This document shows positions 1 through 7,187 of a stretch of 64,000 nucleotides of DNA, in pieces. Location of the stretch: contig CAVRET010000001.1 of the NCBI GenBank assembly GCA_963720265.1, forward strand, positions 197,916 to 261,915. The letters are read 5' to 3'. Each line of letters begins with the position of its first letter. Position 1 is the stretch's first letter. A program made the translations under genes and the position numbers. The stretch comes from an uncultured bacterium. GTDB lineage: Bacteria > Patescibacteriota > Saccharimonadia > UBA4664. Below the pieces are notes generated by a model. That model searched no databases. It was not told the origin of the DNA and saw nothing but the letters and a program-made list of their open reading frames with translations.

Positions 1-686
1 TGATATGATCCGGCTGCCCGACGAATGAGGGCTTCGGCTGCCGTCTCCGTACCGGCCGCGGCAATGAATATGAGGTTGGCGCGCAATGGCGCTGTTTTGG
101 TCTTGGGTTCTGGCTCCTCCTTGTTTTCTGCATCCGGCTCGCCGGCCGTACCTAAAACGAGCTGCCTGGTCGAGGTTAAAAGCAGATCGCCCAGACCGTT
201 GACAGCCCTGGCGGTGAGCGTGGGCTTGGTGGCCGTTCCGGCTAGAATCAATCTGACAATGAGTGTTTCTGATGTCGGTACGGAGCTCAGCACTTCGAAT
301 AGGCCGGCGAGTGGGTCTGCGATAGTAAAATCGGGCTCGCGTAGGCTGGCTTCGGCCGGGGTAAATTCGAGCGCGGCCATAGTAATTGCGCGGGCCTTCG
401 GCTGGTCACGGTGGTCAAGTTGAGTGAGTTCACCGGCGGGATAGGCAGCATACAGCAGATGCGTCACCTCGGCTTGCCAGTCGGCCGGAGTTGTGATGAT
501 GGTACTCATGCTGCCGGCTTCGGCTGCAAACTCGAGACTGACGGCGTTCCCCGGTTGGCCATCGAGTAATCCAGCTAGTCCTGCCATGAGCGAGCTCGTT
601 GCTTCGAGGTGTTGCTTGGCGCCCAGTGCCTCAAGCGTAGTTGGCGCAGGCCGGAATTGAACGGCGATAAGCTCTGATGCCGTCAC
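1..686 (-). CDS. 5' part of a gene running off the window; resembles the N-terminal domain of Patescibacteria VirD4/TraD-like type IV coupling ATPases
   Basis: Not in the ORF track. GTG at 686 overlaps the TGA of 683..931 (GTGA) and the frame stays open to the edge. Translation MTASELIAVQF...SLEFAAEAG...VTHLLYAAYPAGELTQ...DPLAGLFEVLSSV...LIVRLIL...RANLIFIAAAG matches, as I recall, the SLEI..., YAQYPxAEI and DPL... pattern of that family. The ATPase domain is not visible. Confidence 0.55.
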   Translation of the reverse strand, partial: MTASELIAVQFRPAPTTLEALGAKQHLEATSSLMAGLAGLLDGQPGNAVSLEFAAEAGSMSTIITTPADWQAEVTHLLYAAYPAGELTQLDHRDQPKARAITMAALEFTPAEASLREPDFTIADPLAGLFEVLSSVPTSETLIVRLILAGTATKPTLTARAVNGLGDLLLTSTRQLVLGTAGEPDAENKEEPEPKTKTAPLRANLIFIAAAGTETAAEALIRRAAGSY

Positions 687-931
687 GCCGCATTCTCCAG
701 ATAATCTAACAGACCGACTTGGCCGGGTTCGCTCCCTACTCCCTGAGATCTCACCGGCGCCAGGTCGATGACGTTGCTTTCGACGCTGGCTGCCACTTGC
801 GGCGCGTCTGACGCTTCGAGCCCGGTATGTGGATCTGGCTCCGATACAATGAACACCCTTACGCTACCGCGCTCTGCGTGCAGGCGCTCGGTTGGCGGTT
901 GCTCCAGGGCTGGCGTTAAGAACTCATTCAT
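683..931 (-). CDS. small acidic hypothetical protein (82 aa)
   Basis: ATGA overlap with the Clp gene upstream and GTGA overlap downstream, consistent with translational coupling. Confidence 0.65.
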   Translation of the reverse strand: MNEFLTPALEQPPTERLHAERGSVRVFIVSEPDPHTGLEASDAPQVAASVESNVIDLAPVRSQGVGSEPGQVGLLDYLENAA

Positions 932-2673
932 GTGCTAGCTCCACCGGCGGTGAGCCAGGGCTCAGTGCCGGTGATGGTTAGTGGCCCGCGGAGGCGTCCG
1001 TGCAGCAGGGCCTGAGCAATCGGCGCCTCGAAGTGAGTGGCAATGAGGCGGCGGACCGGTCGGGCGCCAAAGAGCGGATCGGCCTCGGCGCCAAGCAGGC
1101 TTGCGAGCGTTGCATCGGGGACGGCAAAGGTGAGGTTGTGTGCGGACAGTCGGTTCTCAAGCGTGGCAAGTTCGCGTTGGGCGAGCGCCACGAGATGTGC
1201 GATGGCTAGCGGCCGAAATACCAGAACGGCGTCGAAGCGGTTGATGAATTCCGGGCGGTAGGTTTCGAGCAAGAGCGGCAAAAGGCGTTCGTGGATAAAT
1301 ACCGGGCTTGTGACATCGGTACCTGTGGCAGCCGATTTAGCAATCAGCGCAGAGCCGGTGTTGGAGGTGGCGAGCACGAGTGTGCTGGTGAAATCTACGG
1401 TGTGGCCGGCCGAATCGGTGAGGCGGCCGTCGTCGAGCAGTTGCAAAAACAGGTCGAAGACTTTGGGATGGGCTTTTTCGATCTCGTCGAGCAGGATGAG
1501 CGAATTGGGGTTGCGCATGACCGGCCCAGTGAGCTGGCCGCCGGCTTCGTAGCCGACGTAACCGGGCGGTGCGCCGATGACCCGGACCGCAGCGTGCTCC
1601 TGTGCATACTCGCTCATGTCCAGGCGAATAAGCGCGTACGGATTGTTGTAGTGGTATTCGGCGAGCGCTTTGGCGGTTTCGGTTTTGCCAACGCCGGAGG
1701 GACCGAGCAAGAGGAATGAGCCGCGCGGCTTAGTAGGGTCGGCGAGACCCAAGCCGGCCCGGGCGAGACCCGCGGCAATGGTGCCCATGGCACTGGGCTG
1801 GCCGATAACGCGGCTGGTTAGCTTGCGTTCAAGCTCAGCCAGGCCTTTGGGCTTTTGATGCAGACCGCTTAGGGGTAAGCGCTCGCGCTCGGATACGACA
1901 GCCTCGATATCATCGGCTGTTACCTCGGTGCCACCTTCCAGCGAGAGCTTAACGCATGTCTCTTCAAGTAAACGGATGGCAGCGTCGGGGTTAGAGCGGC
2001 CGTGGCCGAAGCGGCTGCCGTATTCGACGGCCTTGGCGATCGCTTGCGCCCTGATGGTTTGGTGATACAGCCGTTCCAGGCGGGGGCTGGTTTGGTCGAC
2101 CATGGCAATCAATGCGGCCGGCGTTGGGGTCTGCAGTTCGAGGGCGGTGAAGGTGCGACTAAACACGTAGTCGTCGTGGAGCAGACCGTGGTAGGCCTGG
2201 CTCGTGGTTGTCACAATGAGCCGAACGTTTGGTTGGGAGGCTAGGGCCTGGAGAACCGAGAGGGTAAGTTCGAGCCGCCCGGGGTCGCCGGCAGCCAGGA
2301 GCTGGATATCTTCAATCACCACTACAGCGCTTTGCAAGCGACCGGCGGCGGCCTGGAGCGCATCAAGGCAATCGTGTAGCGGATCACCGGCGGCCAAGAG
2401 TTGCTTAATGGGTTCGGTGGTGAGGCGGTACATTGTTGGTGCTAGTGGCCGATACTGATCCTGGTGCAGCCGCAGTGCCAGGGCCTCAGTGAGGCTGGTT
2501 TTGCCGCTGCCGGGCTCGGCCACCAGGGCAGCGTGCGGGCGGGTGGGATGGAGTAGGATGCGGGCGAGGCGTTCGAGCTCGGCGTCGCGCTCCACGATGT
2601 CCATCAACTTGCCGGCGCGGGCAGCCGAGATGAGGTCGTATAGCTTGAGCGAAATAGTGGTGCCGGTGTTCAT
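928..2673 (-). CDS. Clp/Hsp100-family AAA+ ATPase lacking N- and M-domains, with degenerate D1 and intact D2
   Basis: D1 has AEPGSGKT and Walker B VVVIEDIQ. D2 has GPSGVGKT, LDMSEY, GAPPGYVGY, LLDEIEKAH, RPEFINRFD and FGARPVRR. Confidence 0.9.
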   Translation of the reverse strand: MNTGTTISLKLYDLISAARAGKLMDIVERDAELERLARILLHPTRPHAALVAEPGSGKTSLTEALALRLHQDQYRPLAPTMYRLTTEPIKQLLAAGDPLHDCLDALQAAAGRLQSAVVVIEDIQLLAAGDPGRLELTLSVLQALASQPNVRLIVTTTSQAYHGLLHDDYVFSRTFTALELQTPTPAALIAMVDQTSPRLERLYHQTIRAQAIAKAVEYGSRFGHGRSNPDAAIRLLEETCVKLSLEGGTEVTADDIEAVVSERERLPLSGLHQKPKGLAELERKLTSRVIGQPSAMGTIAAGLARAGLGLADPTKPRGSFLLLGPSGVGKTETAKALAEYHYNNPYALIRLDMSEYAQEHAAVRVIGAPPGYVGYEAGGQLTGPVMRNPNSLILLDEIEKAHPKVFDLFLQLLDDGRLTDSAGHTVDFTSTLVLATSNTGSALIAKSAATGTDVTSPVFIHERLLPLLLETYRPEFINRFDAVLVFRPLAIAHLVALAQRELATLENRLSAHNLTFAVPDATLASLLGAEADPLFGARPVRRLIATHFEAPIAQALLHGRLRGPLTITGTEPWLTAGGAST

Positions 2674-4868
2674 GCCGCGGCCCTTAGTGTGCTAGCTGCT
2701 GGCCGGCGAGCGGGTTGGCGTTTGTGGGAGGTAGTATTGAACGTGATAACGATGTCTTCGCTGTCGTCATTATCGCCGGCCTGAACCTGGTTTTGTGAGG
2801 AACTAAGTTGCTCATGACGAGCAAGCCTTCCAACCCTGCTGGGAATGCGTATTGCAGTTGGGTCTGATTTTGGTTGTGAGCTTGCTTGGGCGCCGCCGAT
2901 GTCTTCCGGGCGAAAACTAAAGTCGGTTAGCCAGTCGTGCGCAGCATCCTGGCTCTGACCGGCGGCATGATCAACCGCAGTGTGTCCAGCCGCATCTTCG
3001 ACTGGCTCGACGCCGACGTACAGGAGGGTTTCTTGTTCGGAGGCGGCCGCTTGGGTAATGGCTTCCTCGGCGGCCGTAGCCTCTGTCTCTACCTTGGCCT
3101 GCGTTAAGCTAATTCCCGTATCAGCTGGCGGAATCATGGCTTCTGTCTCGACCGGCACTTTAGCGACGACGACTTGCGCTATGGTTTCGTGCTGTGCCGG
3201 TGCAATTTGCACCTCAGATACAACGGGCGGGGCGGCCTCCTTGAGCACAGCTTCGTTTAGGTCGGGGTTTTTAACCTGGTGCGCTTCCAGTGCCGCCTCA
3301 ACGGTGGGCGCAGGAACGTCGACGGCCTCCGCCGACACAGCCTCGACACCGTCGATATCCTCATCCTGGACCGCGCCTTCTATGTTGTCGGCCGCAGGCA
3401 AGCTGGTATCTTCATTCGTGAAGGTTCGCTCAGGAGAACTCTGAGAGTCTTGTTTTGGCGTCTCTCCGATAACGGCGGCGGGCTGATCCGGTACGGCATG
3501 TACCTCGGGTGGCTTTACGGGCGGCTCAAGCTTCGGTTGGGGCGGCGCCTCTAGCCTCGGTCCGCTGTTGTCCAGCGCGAGTGAAGGTGCGGGTGTCGGC
3601 GGCTTGGGCGTCATTGTTTCCGCAGGTCGTGCGGCGGTTTTTGCTATATTGACCGCCATAGGTGGCTGCTCGTCAGAGGGACCGGCGTCATGAGGATCTA
3701 CTGCAGGCGCATTATTTTGGGGCTCCCCTACTTTTCCGTACGCTCGTGCCGGAGATGGCTCGCTTAGTGGCAGTGGGGTATACAGCTCAGGCGATACGGC
3801 CTTCGGGCTGGGTGCGGCTGGATTTGGATGGGGTTTGGGCGCCTGCTTGCCCGCATCGGCCGGCCGTGGCAGCTGATAGGCTTCCTGTTCGGGCCGAACC
3901 GGTACCGGCAAGGGGTCTTGAGCAACGGCATGGCCTGCGGCCGGCATGGCCTGATTAGGAACGGTGGGTGCCTTTGGAACCGGTGTGGCCGCGTAGATCG
4001 CTTGGAGCGTAAGCGGTTCAACGTGCTCTCCCATCTCCTGTTCATCACTGTCCTCATGGTTTTTCGCTGGTTCCGGCACCGGCGGTTTAGCTGTCTCGAC
4101 TACGACCGGGGGCGGGAGTTCTGACGGCACGAATTCGTTCGGCGCCGCAGTTGACCCACCGTTAGAGCTGCTTTCCTCGACGAGAGCTTGGATATCGGCC
4201 GATTCTGAGTCCGTCCGGATGTCGTTGTCTGCTTGATCTGCTTGAACGGTAGTAAGGGTATCATTGGCAAGGATAGCATCATGATATTCGTCGCCACCCC
4301 CTTCTACCGGGTCTTCGGTTGGCTCTTTTTCGTTCACCATTTGGCCGGTCATGATAACGAAGCTGTCACGGGTGCGCAGGTATGTGGTGATGGAAATTAT
4401 TTCATTACCCTCTTCGTCCGTTTTGGTGCGAGTTTTAACAACGGGCTCGTCACCCGGCTGCAGGGCCATGATTTCGTCTTGTAGATCCGCGTCGTGGCCG
4501 AGAATTGCATCGAGCTCGAGGTTGATTGTAACGGCTTCGCCGTTTTCCTCAGTGTCATACTTCGAGCCCCAGCTTTGCTCGCCGGCATTGTTAGTCTGGA
4601 GCTTAAAGTGAAGAGAGGCATTCATGGTTGCACCGGCCAACTCCGGCATGGTCTCGACGTGCTCCCGGAGCGTGGTCTCATCGTCTTTACGCTCGAGTTC
4701 ATCAAGAAGATCAGGCACCGGCTCCGGGTTACTGCCAGCCTCCGGCATTGCCCCTATGTCCGCCTCAGGATCGTATCGGCCGGACTCCAGCGGATCGATT
4801 TCGCCAGCGTCGAGTTCAGCCGTCATCTCCTCTTGATAGCCGGTGAGCATTTCAGCGGCTGATCCCAT
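2670..4868 (-). CDS. large acidic, Pro/Ala/Glu-rich, largely low-complexity protein (732 aa from ATG 4868)
   Basis: Long ORF. SD-like GAGGGAG precedes ATG 4868; the extension to 5045 overlaps the riboswitch-like leader. ATGA overlap with the Clp gene. Confidence 0.75.
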   Translation of the reverse strand: MGSAAEMLTGYQEEMTAELDAGEIDPLESGRYDPEADIGAMPEAGSNPEPVPDLLDELERKDDETTLREHVETMPELAGATMNASLHFKLQTNNAGEQSWGSKYDTEENGEAVTINLELDAILGHDADLQDEIMALQPGDEPVVKTRTKTDEEGNEIISITTYLRTRDSFVIMTGQMVNEKEPTEDPVEGGGDEYHDAILANDTLTTVQADQADNDIRTDSESADIQALVEESSSNGGSTAAPNEFVPSELPPPVVVETAKPPVPEPAKNHEDSDEQEMGEHVEPLTLQAIYAATPVPKAPTVPNQAMPAAGHAVAQDPLPVPVRPEQEAYQLPRPADAGKQAPKPHPNPAAPSPKAVSPELYTPLPLSEPSPARAYGKVGEPQNNAPAVDPHDAGPSDEQPPMAVNIAKTAARPAETMTPKPPTPAPSLALDNSGPRLEAPPQPKLEPPVKPPEVHAVPDQPAAVIGETPKQDSQSSPERTFTNEDTSLPAADNIEGAVQDEDIDGVEAVSAEAVDVPAPTVEAALEAHQVKNPDLNEAVLKEAAPPVVSEVQIAPAQHETIAQVVVAKVPVETEAMIPPADTGISLTQAKVETEATAAEEAITQAAASEQETLLYVGVEPVEDAAGHTAVDHAAGQSQDAAHDWLTDFSFRPEDIGGAQASSQPKSDPTAIRIPSRVGRLARHEQLSSSQNQVQAGDNDDSEDIVITFNTTSHKRQPARRPAASTLRAAA

Positions 4869-4909
4869 AAAAACTCCCTCTTTGCACATGCTTGTCGTTG
4901 CTAAGAGGG
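4869..4909 (-). terminator. hairpin that sequesters the SD and is followed by a U-tract (putative riboswitch expression platform)
   Basis: Minus strand CCCTCTTAGCA...TGCAAAGAGGG-AGTTTTT-ATG. Confidence 0.55.
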
Positions 4910-4932
4910 GCCTACCATTGGCGTTTCCACTT

Positions 4933-5044
4933 CTCTTTGCGGCGAAGAGCGCGTGAACACTAACTTCTGCGGCCGCCGGTTTTCTGGCTATAACAGTTGC
5001 GCGACAGTGAGGGAGTTTCACCCTGCTTGCCCGGTTTGGCTGCA
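4933..5044 (-). promoter_or_regulatory. compact (class II-like) cobalamin riboswitch
   Basis: Minus strand TGCAGCC-AAA-CCGG-GCAAGC-AGGGTGAAACTCCCT (T-loop hairpin)-CACTGTCGCGCAACTGT-TAT-AGCCAGAAAACCGG (B12-box-like)-C-GGCCGCA. The outer stems pair. Downstream hairpin CTCTT-CGCCGCA-AAGAG is a candidate kissing-loop partner. Confidence 0.75.
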
Positions 5045-5048
5045 AAAT

Positions 5049-5097
5049 TACTCTTATGTTGTGGTCTTACAATAGCAATCCACAAGATGTGGGTCAA
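5049..5097 (-). promoter_or_regulatory. sigma70 promoter overlapped by two NrdR-box-like sites
   Basis: TTGACC (5097-5092), 17 nt, TATTGT (5074-5069). CCACAAGATGTGGGTC (5080-5095) fits the core of acaCwAtATaTwGtg. A half-matching site at 5049-5064 is centred 31 bp away. Confidence 0.55.
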
Positions 5098-5121
5098 TGC
5101 TTATGTTTTGAGCAATTTAGG

Positions 5122-5748
5122 TTATGGCTGCGTGGCATGCACGGCGGTAACGGTCCAGCCTGGGCAAGCCTGGGCGGCAAACTTGGTAGTGAGGAAGCTG
5201 GTTTGGCCGGGTGGGAAGACTTTTAGGCTCGTAGAAGTATCGCTGCAGGCGCCTGGATTGTAATTGCCCGGATTCGGCAGCCCTAGCGTTGCATAAGCGG
5301 CCAGACCTGGGTCTAAGGTGAGGCTGGTAACAGGGCTGACCGTGTCGCGGTTGGCGGCCGGCCCGAGCTGCGTGCCAGCGTCATTTACGAGCGAAACACC
5401 CGGGTAGCCGGACATCGTACAGCCCTGCTGGCTGCCGTTGGTGAGCGACAGAGTGTAATATTGCGTGCCGGCTGCGCCGCTGCCGGGCAGTACGTTGGCG
5501 GTTAGCTGGCTGGCCGTGCAGGCGCTGAGCCCGGCCGTGGGCGAAGGCGCTGCTTTGGCCGAAGCAGCGGGCGCGGCTTTTTGGTTCGCAACCGGCGTTG
5601 GGCTTGGTGTAGGCTTGGAGCTACTGCCAAACCCGGATGCCAGCAGCAAGAGTACCGCGGCCACAGCTATAACGCCGGCGATAATCCAACCGGGGCTGGT
5701 CGAGAGATTCGCCTGGTGCGGTGGTGGGGATTTTGGTGGTTCGTCCAT
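5122..5748 (-). CDS. membrane-anchored DUF4232-like protein
   Basis: N-terminal TM, Pro/Ala linker, then ACTASQL...GAAGTQYYTLSLTNGSQQGCTMSGYPGVSLV. Confidence 0.8.
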   Translation of the reverse strand: MDEPPKSPPPHQANLSTSPGWIIAGVIAVAAVLLLLASGFGSSSKPTPSPTPVANQKAAPAASAKAAPSPTAGLSACTASQLTANVLPGSGAAGTQYYTLSLTNGSQQGCTMSGYPGVSLVNDAGTQLGPAANRDTVSPVTSLTLDPGLAAYATLGLPNPGNYNPGACSDTSTSLKVFPPGQTSFLTTKFAAQACPGWTVTAVHATQP

Positions 5749-5770
5749 TATGGCTCCATTATCCGCTGGA

Positions 5771-7123
5771 TCAACGCGGAATCAAAGTGTAGAACATGGC
5801 CAGTGCCGAAGCTGCCATGGCTGCGAATGCGATCCAGATCATGGTGCGCGACAGCCAGCCGCCGCGGTGGTCGCCCATAATGTGTTGGTTGGCGTTGATA
5901 CGGGCGATGAGGAAAACGAGTGGTACGGCGGCCACGCCGTTGAAAACGGCAGTGAAGATGAGTGCTTTGATCGGGTTGATACCCATGAAATTAATGCTTA
6001 AGCCAAGCAGTGTGGCAACCGCGATAACGCCGTAAAAGCCCTTGGCTTTGCTAAATTTGCGATATAACCCCTGTTTCCAGCCAAAGGCCTCCGATAGCGC
6101 ATAGGCGGCGGACCCGGCCAATACCGGCACGCCCAGGAGGCCTAGGCCGACGACGCCGACGGCAAAGATGTCTTTGGCAACTTGGCCGGAATCGGGAAAT
6201 GATTTCACCAGCGGCTGCAGGGCTTTAGCGGCGTCGGCGGCGGTTGCGATGTTGGTTATCCCATGGCTAAATAGCACCGTGGCCGTAGTAATTATGATGA
6301 ACCACTGCGTAATCTCGGACGCGAACATACCGACGGTGGTATCAACGCGCAAGTCGCGCAGAAATTTGTGAGTCAGCCGGGGGATGCCGCCGCGTTGTGC
6401 CACCATCTTGGCCGCAATCTCCTCCTCCACTTCACCGGAGGCTTGCCAGAAAAACATATAGGGCGAAATGGTGGTGCCAAACACACCCGTGATAATGAAC
6501 AAGAAGGCGAATGTGAATTGAATATGCGGGATAACGGTGGCGCGGAAAATCTCGCCCCACGGCTCATGCACGATAAGTGCGGTCAGCGGGTACGACAAGA
6601 GTGCGAGCGACAGCCACTTAAGTAGCTTGGCGTAGTTTTTGTAGCTAACAAAGATTTCGAGCAACACGATGAGGATCGCGAACCCGACAGCCAGCCAAGG
6701 CGTGGGGACGTTAATTACAAGGTGGGCTGACGCAGCGATAGCTCCGATGTCGGCGCCGAGATTGATGGTATTGGCGGCGGCGACCAGAAAAACCACGAAG
6801 AACAGGAGTTTGCGGCTATAATTGTCCTTTACAACGCCGGCCAATCCCCGGCCGGTGACGGCTCCGATGCGGGCGCAGGCCTCTTGCACGCCGATCAGGA
6901 GCGGCAGCAGGTAAAGTGCGGTCCAAAGCTGGCCGTAGCCGAATTGCGCGCCGGTTTGCGAATAGGTAGCAATGCCGGACGGGTCGTCGTCGGCCGCGCC
7001 GGTGATAAGGCCCGGGCCCAGAATAGTCAGGAACCGGCCAAATTTGAGCTTGTGAATAACGGCCACGCCGGGAATGCCACCATGGACGGGCCCCTTGGTT
7101 GCCGCTTTCTTGCCGTTCGCCAT
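5771..7123 (-). CDS. NRAMP-family divalent cation transporter (non-canonical DDDPSG/TTISPY clade)
   Basis: GPGLITGAADDDPSGIATYSQTGAQFGY and about 11 TM helices; ATG 7123 lies 6 nt after a TACTGT -10 element. Confidence 0.9.
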   Translation of the reverse strand: MANGKKAATKGPVHGGIPGVAVIHKLKFGRFLTILGPGLITGAADDDPSGIATYSQTGAQFGYGQLWTALYLLPLLIGVQEACARIGAVTGRGLAGVVKDNYSRKLLFFVVFLVAAANTINLGADIGAIAASAHLVINVPTPWLAVGFAILIVLLEIFVSYKNYAKLLKWLSLALLSYPLTALIVHEPWGEIFRATVIPHIQFTFAFLFIITGVFGTTISPYMFFWQASGEVEEEIAAKMVAQRGGIPRLTHKFLRDLRVDTTVGMFASEITQWFIIITTATVLFSHGITNIATAADAAKALQPLVKSFPDSGQVAKDIFAVGVVGLGLLGVPVLAGSAAYALSEAFGWKQGLYRKFSKAKGFYGVIAVATLLGLSINFMGINPIKALIFTAVFNGVAAVPLVFLIARINANQHIMGDHRGGWLSRTMIWIAFAAMAASALAMFYTLIPR

Positions 7124-7187
7124 GTGCAAACAGTATCAAAGCATAACCGTTAAGCGCAAGCAGCGTATCAGGTTATAATGCTTATGT

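Noticed and set aside
928-2673. Calling this gene clpB or clpA
   Set aside because: It lacks the N-domain, coiled-coil M-domain and IGF loop, and D1 is degenerate.
4869-5045. N-terminal 59 aa of the 791-aa ORF in the track
   Set aside because: It overlaps the riboswitch-like leader; the SD and composition favour ATG 4868.
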